Below are positions 8,386 to 17,700 of a stretch of 64,000 nucleotides of DNA, in pieces. Positions within the stretch are counted from its first letter, which is position 1, and every line of letters begins with the position of its first letter. The stretch spans positions 22,555 through 86,554 of the forward strand of contig JAMLHR010000003.1 of assembly GCA_023957015.1 (NCBI GenBank), in the 5' to 3' direction. The notes under the pieces were generated by a model. The model worked only from the letters and a program-made list of their open reading frames with translations, was not told the DNA's origin and made no database searches. This DNA is from Thermomicrobiales bacterium. Lineage in GTDB: Bacteria; Chloroflexota; Chloroflexia; Thermomicrobiales; UBA6265. Both the position numbers and the translations under genes were made by a program.

Positions 8386-9776
8386 ACGTGCCGAGAAACG
8401 TCGCCGTTATCGGGGGTGGTATCAGCGGGCTCGCTGCTGCCTACGCGTTGTCGCAGCAGGTGGATATCCGCGTCACGCTCTATGAGGCCAGCGATCGTGT
8501 CGGTGGCGTACTGCACACGGAAACCAGCGATGGTTGGGTGATCGAGCACGGACCGGAGAGTTTTCTCACCTTGAAGCCGCGCGGCATCGGAATGGCGCGG
8601 GAGCTTGGCCTGGAACCGCGGTTCCAGACAACGAATCCGAAAAATCGCGGTTCGCTGATCATGAAGAGCGGCAAGCTCCACCCCATGCCGGAAGGATTGA
8701 CGGGGCTCATCCCGAGTCAGTTTGGTCCCATGGCGAAGACACCATTGGTCTCGCCGCTGGGCAAGCTGCGCATGGGTATGGATTTCGTCATACCGGCGAA
8801 GAAGGACGATGTCGACGAGTCGCTCGGATCGTTCATTCGCCGCCGCCTCGGCAGTGATATCTACGATCATCTGATCGAACCACTGATGGCTGGCATCTAT
8901 AGCGGCAACGGCGATGAACTCAGTCTGCAGGCGACATTTCCTCAACTCCGGACCGCCGAACGAGAGTACGGTGGGTTGATTAAGGGCGTGTTGGCGCAGA
9001 AGAAGGCACAGAAAGCCCGACCCATCGGTCATCAGGCGCCCATGGGATTTCTGAGTTTTCGCAATGGCATTCAGGAACTCGTCGATGCTTGTGCCGGCGC
9101 GATTACCGCCAATGGTGGCAAGATCGTTATCCAGGCTCCCGTCAGCTCGCTTCGCCGCACCTCGTCTGGTTTCGCCTTCACCTTGCCAGATGGCGAGGTC
9201 GAAGCGGATGCCGTTGTTCTGGCGGCGCCGGTGCATGTGCAATCGGCGCTTCTCCGCGAGATCGCACCCCGATCCTCGGCAGCGATGACGGCTATTCCGC
9301 AGGTTTCATCCGCGGTGGTCATGCTCGGGTACGAGGAGACATCCACCAATCGCGCACCGGGCAACTACGGGTATCTCAGCCCTCGGGCAGAGAGACGCCC
9401 CGTCAAAGCCATTACCTGGATGTCGTCCAAATGGGAGGGGCGAGCACCGAATGGGCATTTTCTGGTGCGCGGTTTCCTCGGTCGGGCTGGTGACGAGTCG
9501 GTTCTGTCTGGATCGGATGCGGATCTGGAGCGCCTGGTCCGTGCGGAGATCGCGGCAACAGCTGGCATCACCGGTGAGCCGGTGTTAAGCCGCGTCGTGC
9601 GTCTCAATGCCGCCAGTCCCCAATATCTGGTTGGTCATCTCGATCGCGTAGCCGTGATTGAGGAGGAGATCGCCACGATTCCCGGTCTGGAAATCGCTGG
9701 CAACATGCTGCGCGGCGTCGGTATTCCGGATGCAATCGCCGCAGGAGAGCGTGCATCTGCTAACGTGGTTGCATGA
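8376..9776 (+). CDS. hemY: protoporphyrinogen/coproporphyrinogen III oxidase (HemY type, FAD-dependent)
   Basis: 466-aa ORF directly after hemH. It has the dinucleotide-binding motif VAVIGGGISGLAAAY and is of HemY length. The start may be TTG 8376 or GTG 8388. Confidence 0.88.
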   Translation: MALDVPRNVAVIGGGISGLAAAYALSQQVDIRVTLYEASDRVGGVLHTETSDGWVIEHGPESFLTLKPRGIGMARELGLEPRFQTTNPKNRGSLIMKSGKLHPMPEGLTGLIPSQFGPMAKTPLVSPLGKLRMGMDFVIPAKKDDVDESLGSFIRRRLGSDIYDHLIEPLMAGIYSGNGDELSLQATFPQLRTAEREYGGLIKGVLAQKKAQKARPIGHQAPMGFLSFRNGIQELVDACAGAITANGGKIVIQAPVSSLRRTSSGFAFTLPDGEVEADAVVLAAPVHVQSALLREIAPRSSAAMTAIPQVSSAVVMLGYEETSTNRAPGNYGYLSPRAERRPVKAITWMSSKWEGRAPNGHFLVRGFLGRAGDESVLSGSDADLERLVRAEIAATAGITGEPVLSRVVRLNAASPQYLVGHLDRVAVIEEEIATIPGLEIAGNMLRGVGIPDAIAAGERASANVVA

Positions 9777-10252
9777 GCAAGCGACACGAACCCGATCGCG
9801 AATACACGGGCGCGGAGCAGCAGCAGAGCTTCCTCAAACGACGCTATCAGGCGTTCGCTGATCGCTCACGCGATCCCGGCGACGTGTTGACCTGGGCGGT
9901 TGTGTTAGGGGCGTTGATCTGTTCGCTTCTCATCGTCTGCGTCGCTGTTGCGGATTTACGTAATTTAGTGCTACCGACGCTATTTGCCATAGTTCTCTGG
10001 GTTATCGTGGTGAGCCGTTTCGGTAGGGTCAATGTTGCCGCGATCCTGTGGGGCGCCTCGACCGCCGATAGCGAGCGGGTGCCAAACCCAGTCTTCGTTT
10101 ACTTCCCGACACTTGCTCTGGCTGTTGTTTGCCTTGTTGCCGTCGTCATTGACGCGGGCACCGGTTGGGGCTTCGGCTGGTTTGGTCTGGCGCTTGGCAT
10201 CGCTTCGTTCTGCTACTGCGTGATGTTCGCGCGGAGTTGGTCACATCGCTGA
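9773..10252 (+). CDS. hypothetical integral membrane protein
   Basis: 159-aa ORF whose start overlaps the hemY stop (ATGA). About 4 predicted TM helices. No recognisable family. Confidence 0.55.
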   Translation: MSKRHEPDREYTGAEQQQSFLKRRYQAFADRSRDPGDVLTWAVVLGALICSLLIVCVAVADLRNLVLPTLFAIVLWVIVVSRFGRVNVAAILWGASTADSERVPNPVFVYFPTLALAVVCLVAVVIDAGTGWGFGWFGLALGIASFCYCVMFARSWSHR

Positions 10253-10275
10253 CATCGAAACGAAAGGAAAATCCC

Positions 10276-11643
10276 ATGGTTAACCGACGTCACCTTATAG
10301 CCGGTGCGCTGGCTGCTCCCGCGTTCTCGATCGGATCGGCTATCGCCCAGGAGGCGACTCCAGCGGTTGATCGGCAGGCACCGACGACGACGGCCGTATT
10401 GTCGGACTGGCTCACTGCCCAGGCAGCCTTGAGTGAGTTGGGAAATGCTGTCACCGAGGCGTTCTTCGCCGCCGATATCGAAGCCATCGCGAGTGTCTCA
10501 GATGCTGCCGTTAGGGCTGCCCTGGCTAACGGCCAGGATGTGCAGCGTATTATCGATAGATTCACGACTAACCAGATTCGCTTCTCCTTCAGCGCTGTCG
10601 ATGCCTGGTTCTATCTGCAGTACACGCCAGAGGTCATTGTTGGTCACATGGTTCAGGGATCGGCATTCGTCTTCCAGGCCGCTCCCGAGGAGCCGCAGAC
10701 CGAGACCTTTCCTACTGGTACATGGCGTGGCGTTATCGGTCCGGGAGTGATCGATCTACGCTGTCTGCTGGAGTTTGCAGGTACCGCCGAATCACCGGAG
10801 GTGCAACTGTCTATCCCCTCACAGATGCTCGCCAACCAGCCGATGGATAATGTCACCTTCCAGGCCGATGTGCCCATTGGCGAACGGATCGATGAGCGTT
10901 CCATGCCGATTGGTGGTGACGTCATCGCGACCAATATCTGGGCGGCGGAGTACGAGTGGGGCGGACATTCCCTGGTGGTGAATACCTTCTGGGATACCGA
11001 GATGCGGATGGCGGGATTGACGTTGAGTCCGCAACCGCCAGTGTTATCGGCGGTTGCGCGAGAACCGATTCGTTGCCGATTGCCGTTCGATGGTGCCTGG
11101 CTGGTGTATTGGGGTGGCGAAACGGTTTTCGCCAACTACCACGCCGCGGTGGCACCGCAGCGACACGCCTTGGACATTATGATCTGGCGTAATGGTGCCA
11201 CCAGCACGGGTACCGGCCGTAAACCAGAGGAGTATTGGTGCTTCGGGCAGCCACTGTTGGCACCAGTAGCCGGGACCGTTGTTCATGTGCTGGACGGTCT
11301 GGAGGATATCCAGCCGCAAGCTGCGTTAAGCGGGGCTGATCATCCCGCTGGCAACCACATTGTGATCGAGACCGAGGGCGGTTTCATCTACCTGGCACAT
11401 TGTCAGCAGGGCAGTATCCAGGTGGCGGAGGGCGATGAGATCGTCGCTGGTGATGTGCTGGCATTGGTTGGCAACTCCGGTAACACCTCAGAACCACATA
11501 TTCATATCCACGCGCAGACCGTTGCCGATTTCTATGATCCACGTGCGGTCGGCGTGCCACTGATCTTCACTGAACTCACGGTCAACGGTGAATTCATGGA
11601 CGAGACACCGCTCTTGTACGGCACCATTGTCGAGTCCGCCTAG
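10276..11643 (+). CDS. secreted M23-family metallopeptidase with N-terminal uncharacterised domain
   Basis: Start chosen at aaaggaaaatcccATG, giving the Tat-like signal MVNRRHLIAGALAAPAFSIGSAIAQ. The C-terminal M23 motifs are HALDIMIW, GNHIVIETEGGFIYLAHCQQGSI and GNSGNTSEPHIHIHAQ. Confidence 0.85.
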   Translation: MVNRRHLIAGALAAPAFSIGSAIAQEATPAVDRQAPTTTAVLSDWLTAQAALSELGNAVTEAFFAADIEAIASVSDAAVRAALANGQDVQRIIDRFTTNQIRFSFSAVDAWFYLQYTPEVIVGHMVQGSAFVFQAAPEEPQTETFPTGTWRGVIGPGVIDLRCLLEFAGTAESPEVQLSIPSQMLANQPMDNVTFQADVPIGERIDERSMPIGGDVIATNIWAAEYEWGGHSLVVNTFWDTEMRMAGLTLSPQPPVLSAVAREPIRCRLPFDGAWLVYWGGETVFANYHAAVAPQRHALDIMIWRNGATSTGTGRKPEEYWCFGQPLLAPVAGTVVHVLDGLEDIQPQAALSGADHPAGNHIVIETEGGFIYLAHCQQGSIQVAEGDEIVAGDVLALVGNSGNTSEPHIHIHAQTVADFYDPRAVGVPLIFTELTVNGEFMDETPLLYGTIVESA

Positions 11644-11680
11644 CACCAGACCGTTTTCGTCACCATAGAAGGAGGGCACG

Positions 11681-12862
11681 ATGACTGACCGCATCCACCG
11701 TATGCTCACGATGTTGCTCGGCGTAGTCCTCGTGATTACTGGTTCTTCACCTCTCACCGCTGCAGCACAAGGTAGTTTCGATCTCGGTTTCGAACCGGTG
11801 GCCCAAGGCGAAGGCTTCACGCGTCCGACCGTTATCACCAATGCCGGTGATGGCAGCGGTGTGCTCTACATCGCCGAGCAGCCGGGGATTGTGTCCACAA
11901 TCGTCGACTCCGAGCGCTCTGAGGAGGTCTTCCTCGATATCACCGATCGCGTCAACGATAGCGGCAATGAGCAGGGCTTACTTGGTCTGGCGTTTCCTCC
12001 GGATTACGCGGTCTCCCACGTCTTTTACGTCTACTACATCGATGGCGCTGGTAGTACCGTTGTCAGCCGTTTCGCCGTCGCCGATAACGGTGTCGCTGAC
12101 CCTGAGAGCGAGCAGGTGATCCTTACCCAGGAACAACCTTATGCGAATCACAATGGCGGTCAGCTCGCCTTTGGACCGGATGGGTATCTGTATATCGGCC
12201 TCGGTGACGGCGGATCGCAGGGTGATCCCAATGGTAATGGAGAGCGGCTCGATACGTGGCTCGGCAAGATCCTGCGTATCGATGTTGATCCCGCCTACCT
12301 GCCCGCTGATCAACCCTACGCGATCCCGGAGGACAATCCGCTCATCGATACCGAAGGGGCGTTACCGGAGATCGTTGCATACGGACTGCGCAATCCCTGG
12401 CGGTTCAGCTTCGATGCCGAGACAGGCGATCTGCTGATCGCCGATGTTGGTCAGAACAGGATTGAGGAGATCAATCTGATACCCATCGATCCGGGGGAAG
12501 CTGTCAACTTCGGTTGGAACACGATGGAGGGTAGCGAGTGTTACACCGATCCTGGTTGTGACCGTACCGGACTGACCCTACCCATCATGGAATACACCCA
12601 TGATATCGGTGGTTGCTCCGTTACCGGTGGATATGTGTATTATGGAGAGAACCTGCCTGACCTGAACGGCACCTATATCTTTGGCGATTACTGCACCGGC
12701 TATATCTGGCAGGGTGTGCGTAACGGCGACGGTACGTGGACGATGAACGGTCCCATTCCGAGTGGTCTCGCCATCTCTACGTTTGGCGTGGATGAGCAGG
12801 GCGAACTGTATGTGGCTGATCTGAACAGCGGCATCATCTACCGACTGGAGGCACCGTTATGA
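11681..12862 (+). CDS. PQQ-dependent sugar (glucose/sorbosone) dehydrogenase family beta-propeller protein
   Basis: 393-aa ORF with a signal peptide. Motifs: GLLGLAFPPDY, HNGGQLAFGPDGYLYIGLGDGG and GLRNPWRFSFD. Confidence 0.85.
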   Translation: MTDRIHRMLTMLLGVVLVITGSSPLTAAAQGSFDLGFEPVAQGEGFTRPTVITNAGDGSGVLYIAEQPGIVSTIVDSERSEEVFLDITDRVNDSGNEQGLLGLAFPPDYAVSHVFYVYYIDGAGSTVVSRFAVADNGVADPESEQVILTQEQPYANHNGGQLAFGPDGYLYIGLGDGGSQGDPNGNGERLDTWLGKILRIDVDPAYLPADQPYAIPEDNPLIDTEGALPEIVAYGLRNPWRFSFDAETGDLLIADVGQNRIEEINLIPIDPGEAVNFGWNTMEGSECYTDPGCDRTGLTLPIMEYTHDIGGCSVTGGYVYYGENLPDLNGTYIFGDYCTGYIWQGVRNGDGTWTMNGPIPSGLAISTFGVDEQGELYVADLNSGIIYRLEAPL

Positions 12863-13368
12863 TCCGATTCCGTCTGGCGAGTCTGGACGATGTCCCGCAG
12901 ATTGCACCAATTGAACGAGCCGCCTCGGAACTTTTCCGGGGGACAGAGATGTCATCGATTGCGGACGATCCGCCCATTCCCGATTTGGTACTCGAACAGG
13001 CGGTGGCGGAGCAGCGGCTGTGGGTTGCGACCGAGTATGGTACCGTTCGCGCCTATTTACTGGCGAATGTGTTGCCGGAGAGCCTGCATATCGAGCAGGT
13101 TACAGTGCATCCGGATGCAGCGCGCCGAGGTATCGGTGCCATGCTGATCGAGTCTGTTTCTAACGATTCGCGTGCAGCCACGCTGGGGAAGCTCACACTC
13201 ACGACCTTCAGCGATGTACCGTGGAATGCGCCGTACTATGAGCGCCTTGGTTTCGTTGAGGTTGCGGAGTCCGAGTGGCCGGCCGGTGTCGCTGAGATCG
13301 TCCAGACGGAACGGAATCAGGGGTTATGGTCATGGCCGCGTGTGGTCATGGCGCGCCTCGTGGGTTGA
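12859..13368 (+). CDS. GNAT-family N-acetyltransferase
   Basis: 169-aa ORF translationally coupled to the previous gene (ATGA overlap). Acetyl-CoA binding motif: IEQVTVHPDAARRGIGAMLIE. Confidence 0.8.
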   Translation: MIRFRLASLDDVPQIAPIERAASELFRGTEMSSIADDPPIPDLVLEQAVAEQRLWVATEYGTVRAYLLANVLPESLHIEQVTVHPDAARRGIGAMLIESVSNDSRAATLGKLTLTTFSDVPWNAPYYERLGFVEVAESEWPAGVAEIVQTERNQGLWSWPRVVMARLVG

Positions 13369-13544
13369 ACCTGGCTCCGGATCTGACTTGGGGTGGCTGG
13401 GGCGACCAGGTCGACCCCTACGGGACGACGTGACGGTTTGTTCTGGACTACGTGCCGCGTGTGATGAATCTCGTTATCGGTAGCACTTTGGACCGGCTAC
13501 GGCGGGGGGTTCTGCGGAGCCGCTTCGCGTCTCGCAGGATGAGC

Positions 13545-13595
13545 AAAGCGCCCCGCTGAGTGTTCGAGTTGGCTGAATCTCGAACCGGGGCGCCC
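13545..13595 (-). terminator. nested GC-rich stem-loop, candidate terminator shared by convergent genes
   Basis: The outer stem is GCGCCCCG...CGGGGCGC. It encloses an inner hairpin GTTCGAG-ttggctgaat-CTCGAAC. On the minus strand it is followed by TTTGC. It lies between convergent genes 12859..13368(+) and 13724..14512(-). Confidence 0.35.
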
Positions 13596-13723
13596 TGCCA
13601 AGGGGAGGGGAAGGAGAAGGAACTACGGACGTAGGTTTGGGGAATCCGTACTTCCTGATATCTCCATAACGACCACTATGCAAGAATGGTTCCACGAATC
13701 GCGGAGTTCTTAGTACCTGGTCA

Positions 13724-14512
13724 TTATCTATAACGGATGAACGCCTCAAAAGTGTCGGTCACAGACGATATTGTCCTCGGTTCGATGCTGAGGGCCATAC
13801 CGTCCATCACATTCCACATGGACATGAACGTTGCCCAATCGTAGTAGCGCCAGACCGCCGTTCCCGGGTCCGTCAGATAGACGCCGGATTCATCGTAACC
13901 ATAGGCGGTCATGACATGCATGTACTGGGTGAGTTGGTAGCGTGTGCCATCGGCTTCGTAGGCATCGAACGAATTCACCGTACCTTGTATCGCCAGCCAA
14001 ACGACGACCGGTCTGCCAGCCGCGAGTTCCTGTTTCAGGAGCTCGGGATCGCCATCCGCATAGAAGGCATGCGATGGAATCCCCCAACCACTGAGCGCGA
14101 TCTGCAGCGGATTTGCATAGATACCGTAATCGGTGGTGTTGCCCCATTCACCCCAGATGTTGCCGCGATAGCCTTTGTGTGGATTCTCGCTCAGTGGGAC
14201 GACCGTATCGAAGTCGTACTCAGTAATGTTCCAACCGCCCATCGTGGCGGCGATAGTGGCGCTGGCGTACTCGCAACTTAGCGGACGCTGCTGCTGGTAG
14301 AGATACGCACCCGGAAGCATGACACTGGAATGAGTGCCCGATGTGGGGATGTGCTGCTCAATGGCGTCGGGTATGTACTGGCCGGGAATCCTGGTCACCA
14401 GTCCCGATTGCCAGACAACGATACCGAGCACGAGCAGCACTGCCACCACACCCAGTTTTCGTGGGAATCTGCCTATTTTCGCATGCTGGTGAGAGAGAAA
14501 CGCCGTAGCCAT
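13724..14512 (-). CDS. C39-like cysteine peptidase domain protein (Peptidase_C39_2 type), membrane anchored
   Basis: 262-aa ORF with an N-terminal TM helix (LGVVAVLLVLGIVVW). Candidate catalytic Cys context: QRPLSCEYASATIAA. Candidate His context: YMHVMTAYGYDESGVYLTDPG. Confidence 0.7.
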   Translation of the reverse strand: MATAFLSHQHAKIGRFPRKLGVVAVLLVLGIVVWQSGLVTRIPGQYIPDAIEQHIPTSGTHSSVMLPGAYLYQQQRPLSCEYASATIAATMGGWNITEYDFDTVVPLSENPHKGYRGNIWGEWGNTTDYGIYANPLQIALSGWGIPSHAFYADGDPELLKQELAAGRPVVVWLAIQGTVNSFDAYEADGTRYQLTQYMHVMTAYGYDESGVYLTDPGTAVWRYYDWATFMSMWNVMDGMALSIEPRTISSVTDTFEAFIRYR

Positions 14513-14579
14513 CTATAACGCTCCTGCCGGTTAACAGGATAACGTTCCAGATGCGGGAAGGTGTCATGCATACGTGTAG

Positions 14580-14611
14580 GGGCGGATCCGATCGCAATCG
14601 GTATCCGCCCG
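14580..14611 (-). terminator. long GC hairpin downstream of metY
   Basis: GGGCGGATCCGAT-cgca-ATCGGtATCCGCCC lies 24 nt after the metY stop. There is no clear U-tract, so function is inferred from position only. Confidence 0.4.
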
Positions 14612-14634
14612 TGTGAGAGTGCCGTTCTTCGGAT

Positions 14635-15921
14635 TTACACCTGAGCCAGCGCCTGATCCAGATCGGCGATGATATCTGCCACATCCTCCAGGCCGATACT
14701 GAGGCGGAGGAAGTCCGGTGTGACACCGGTACTGATCTGCTCCTCCTCGGTCAACTGCGAGTGCGTGGTTGTTGCCGGGTGAATAATCAGACTCTTGGCG
14801 TCACCGATATTCGCCAGGTGGCTGAACAGCTTGACGCTCTCCACCACCTTCTTCCCCGCTTCAGCACCACCCTGGACGCCGAAGCCGATGATGGCACCGT
14901 ACTGCCCCGCCTTGAAGTACTTCGTCGCCGCCTCGTGCGTTTCGCTGCCAGGGAGACCCGGGTAATTCACCCACGCCACCTTCGGGTGCTGGGAGAGGTA
15001 CTCGGCCACGGCAAGTGCGTTGGCGCTGTGCTTCTCCAATCGTAGACCAAGCGTCTCGGCGCCCTGCAGGATTTGCCAGGCATTGAATGGACTGATTGCC
15101 GGACCGAGATCGCGCAGTAGCTGGGTACGTACCTTGATGATGAATGCGATTGCGCCAAACGTATTGGCGAAGCTGAGACCGTGATAGCTCGGATCGGGAT
15201 CAACGAAATCCTCCTTGAAACGAGGGTTGTTGGCCCAGTCGAACTTGCCTGCATCGACGATCGCGCCGCCCATGCTGGTGCCGTGACCGCCGATGAACTT
15301 GGTCAGCGAGTGGATGACGATATCGGCACCGTGCTCGATCGGTCGCACCAGCGCCGGGCTGGGCGTGGTGTTGTCCAGCACCAGTGGCAAACCAGCCGCA
15401 TGCGCCACCTCCGCCACGGCGGCGATATCCAGCGTGCGCAGATCCGGATTACCGATTGTCTCGCTATAGACCGCACGAGTTTTGTCGGTGATCGCCGCCG
15501 CGATTGCCTCCGGTGTGGCATCGACGAACTTCACCGTCACACCGAAGCGTGGCAGCACATAGTGCAGCAGATTGAACGTGCCGCCGTAGAGACTGGTGGT
15601 GGAGACGATCTCGTCGCCGCTCTTGGCCAATGTCAGCAAGGCGAGACTGATTGCCGACTGCCCGCTGGCCAGCGCCAGCGCCGCCACACCGCCTTCGAGC
15701 GCTGCCAGGCGCTGCTCCAGCACATCAGTCGTCGGGTTCATCAGGCGGGTATAGATATTGCCGAACTCTTTCAGACCAAACAGATTGGCCGCGTGTTCGG
15801 TGCTGTTGAACTGGTATGAGGTCGTTTGATACAGCGGCACCGCCCGGGCGCCAGTGGTGGGATCGGGCTGCTGGCCAGCGTGAAGGGCGTTGGTATCGAA
15901 TCCGTATGTGGTGTCAGACAT
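14635..15921 (-). CDS. metY: O-acetylhomoserine sulfhydrylase / aminocarboxypropyltransferase
   Basis: Start chosen at acggagaaccaataccATG ([17 protein letters not shown]), not the longer ORF start at 16053. PLP-Lys motif [15 protein letters not shown]. Full-length similarity pattern of the Cys/Met PLP family. Confidence 0.92.
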   Translation of the reverse strand: MSDTTYGFDTNALHAGQQPDPTTGARAVPLYQTTSYQFNSTEHAANLFGLKEFGNIYTRLMNPTTDVLEQRLAALEGGVAALALASGQSAISLALLTLAKSGDEIVSTTSLYGGTFNLLHYVLPRFGVTVKFVDATPEAIAAAITDKTRAVYSETIGNPDLRTLDIAAVAEVAHAAGLPLVLDNTTPSPALVRPIEHGADIVIHSLTKFIGGHGTSMGGAIVDAGKFDWANNPRFKEDFVDPDPSYHGLSFANTFGAIAFIIKVRTQLLRDLGPAISPFNAWQILQGAETLGLRLEKHSANALAVAEYLSQHPKVAWVNYPGLPGSETHEAATKYFKAGQYGAIIGFGVQGGAEAGKKVVESVKLFSHLANIGDAKSLIIHPATTTHSQLTEEEQISTGVTPDFLRLSIGLEDVADIIADLDQALAQV

Positions 15922-16001
15922 GGTATTGGTTCTCCGTAATTGGGTAAACGATTCACAGCACCTCGTTTTATACGCGGTGAAAGGCCGTGATTTGTTGTCG
16001 C

Positions 16002-16083
16002 TCACGTAGCATCGGACTTTATGTCCGGTGACCGCCGCAGGATCACGTAGCATCGGACTTTACGTCCGGTGACCGTCGCAGGC
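16002..16083. repeat. 2 x 41-nt tandem direct repeat, each unit with a CGGAC/GTCCG hairpin, in the metX-metY spacer
   Basis: tcacgtagcatcggactttatgtccggtgaccgccgcagga (16002-16042) is followed directly by tcacgtagcatcggactttacgtccggtgaccgtcgcaggc (16043-16083). There are 3 mismatches. Confidence 0.9.
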
Positions 16084-16143
16084 TGTAGTTGTTGGATCAG
16101 TGGCTATAACACATGATGTTTTCCCGGGGCCGGTGCATCGTCA

Positions 16144-17337
16144 TCACGATGTCGCCTGCCCGGCGGAAACGCCCTCTTCCAGGTGGGACATGAAATCGGC
16201 CACGATCGGATTTAACTGATCCCAATCCTTGAGAAAGGAATCGTGACCATTCGGAGAGTTGATCAGTTTGTAGCGAGCATCCTTGCCGCGATCAGCGAGG
16301 CGGGCCGCCAGCAACTCGATATCATCCGGCGGGAAGAGCCAGTCGCTACTGATACCGACAAAGAGCATCGGTGCCGCGATCTTCTCGAACCAGTGCTCAT
16401 CGCCGCCATCCCGACCCACATCGTACATATCCATGGCCCGGGTGAGATAGAGATAGCTGTTGGCATCGAAGCGTTGCACCAGCGCCTTGCCGTGGTAATG
16501 AAGATAGCCCTCGACATCGTAGGTTGGACCGAACTCGGGGTAAATCGACTTTCGCACCGCCGGATTGCGACCGAAGCGATTCCCCAGGCTCTCGCGGCTG
16601 TGATAAGTGGTCATTGCTGCCATGCGAGCGATAGCGAGACCCTGTTCCGGAAAGACGCCGAACTGGAGATAATCGCCATTGAGCCAATTGGGATCGGCCA
16701 TGATCGCCCGCCGTCCGACCTCACCATGGACGGCGATACCGAGCGCGTTCAGATTACCGGCGGCGGCGATGCAGCCGGTGCCGGCGACGATATCGGCGTG
16801 ACGCGTCGCCCACTCCAACGCCTGGAAGCCACCGATGCTGCCGCCAATCGCGATGACGCGGGTGATGCCGAGCGAATCCAGCAGCAAGCGTTGCGTCGTG
16901 ACGATATCGCCGATCGTGATTAGCGGGAAGCGGAGTCCGTAATAGCCACCGAAGGCATCCTTGCTGGCCGGACCGGTGCTGCCCTGGCAGCCACCGAGTA
17001 CATTCGCGCAGATGATGCAGTGGGTGCGGGTATCGATTGGCTTGCCTGGTCCAATCACCGGTTCCCACCAGCCGCCATCGCCGGCGGCAAGCGAATCGCC
17101 TGTGAGCGCGTGCAGGATGATGACGGCGTTATCGCGGGCGGTGTTGAGTTCGCCCCAGGTGCGGTAGGCGATGGTGACGTTATCCAGCGTATCTCCGTGC
17201 TCCAGCGTGACCGGACCCAGCTGGGCCAGCTTCATCACGCCCTCTTGCGATGGTCGATAGCTCGGCACGACATGGAGATGCCGTCGCATGAGTTCGTTCG
17301 TGGTGGCTGGATTGTCGTCGATACCGCTCATGGTCAC
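16144..17337 (-). CDS. metX: homoserine O-acetyltransferase
   Basis: 397-aa ORF with alpha/beta-hydrolase nucleophile elbow AIGGSIGGFQALEWA. MetX-typical N-terminus: LEHGDTLDNVTIAYRTWGELN. Start is GTG 17337 or ATG 17331. Confidence 0.92.
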   Translation of the reverse strand: MTMSGIDDNPATTNELMRRHLHVVPSYRPSQEGVMKLAQLGPVTLEHGDTLDNVTIAYRTWGELNTARDNAVIILHALTGDSLAAGDGGWWEPVIGPGKPIDTRTHCIICANVLGGCQGSTGPASKDAFGGYYGLRFPLITIGDIVTTQRLLLDSLGITRVIAIGGSIGGFQALEWATRHADIVAGTGCIAAAGNLNALGIAVHGEVGRRAIMADPNWLNGDYLQFGVFPEQGLAIARMAAMTTYHSRESLGNRFGRNPAVRKSIYPEFGPTYDVEGYLHYHGKALVQRFDANSYLYLTRAMDMYDVGRDGGDEHWFEKIAAPMLFVGISSDWLFPPDDIELLAARLADRGKDARYKLINSPNGHDSFLKDWDQLNPIVADFMSHLEEGVSAGQATS

Positions 17338-17379
17338 TGTCCGTTACTGGAGAGGGTGGGGCAGTGCATGCGGGAGACG

Positions 17380-17533
17380 AAAAACGCCTCCTGCGGATGG
17401 GAGGCGACAATGCGGATGCAGTGTAGCTGATCCCTTATCTCGCAGATACATCTGCCGGAGTTGGCACCTTGTGAGCATATGCTCCAGGTTGCCGGGCTTC
17501 ACAGGGCCGAGTCCCTCCACCTCTCTGGATAAG
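17380..17533 (-). promoter_or_regulatory. SAM-I (S-box) riboswitch with intrinsic terminator expression platform, upstream of metX-metY
   Basis: The minus strand reads CTTATCCAGAGAGGTGGAGGGACTCGGCCCTGTGAAGCCCGGCAACC...AAGGTGCCAACTCCGGCAG...GCGAGATAAGG (17533 down to 17434). This matches the conserved SAM-I core, including the P1 pairing CTTATC/GATAAG. It is followed by the terminator CGCCTCC-catccgca-GGAGGCG-TTTTT (17406 down to 17380), 43 nt before metX. Confidence 0.9.
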
Positions 17534-17554
17534 GTCATTCAGTTGTTAGCGGCG

Positions 17555-17584
17555 ATTGTAGGTGGGTGGGGGAGGAGATGTCAA
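17555..17584 (-). promoter_or_regulatory. sigma-70-type promoter of the riboswitch-metX-metY transcript
   Basis: The minus strand reads TTGACA (17584-17579), an 18-nt spacer, then TACAAT (17560-17555), about 20 nt upstream of the riboswitch P1. Confidence 0.6.
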
Positions 17585-17700
17585 GACATCTTGCTGTTTT
17601 ACCATCTTGCTGTCTGAATAGCTCGTTGGATTCGCGACGATCCGGACTTCTTTCCAGGGCATACGACCTGGACACTCTGTCGGGAACTGCTTTGGCTATG

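Noticed and set aside
7402-9242. Antisense ORFs (305 aa and 286 aa) opposite hemH and hemY. Similar cases: 27473..28477 opposite sucB, 62251..63804 opposite the SBP, 40831..41751 opposite the membrane protein, and 17566..18366 opposite the MccF-like gene
   Set aside because: Each overlaps a well-supported gene on the other strand and has Arg/His/Gly-rich, motif-free sequence typical of GC-rich antisense frames.
13540-13600. tRNA-like GGTTCGAG motif on the minus strand
   Set aside because: The surrounding sequence cannot form acceptor, D or anticodon arms. It is just the loop-proximal part of a nested hairpin.
14635-16053. Extended N-termini from longest-ORF starts (metY at 16053, M23 peptidase at 10165, SBP at 32344, FAD oxidoreductase at 60237, Yip1 at 58385)
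   Set aside because: The extensions are compositionally odd and run through repeats or riboswitch-free leaders. Internal starts have clear Shine-Dalgarno motifs and give canonical N-termini or signal peptides.
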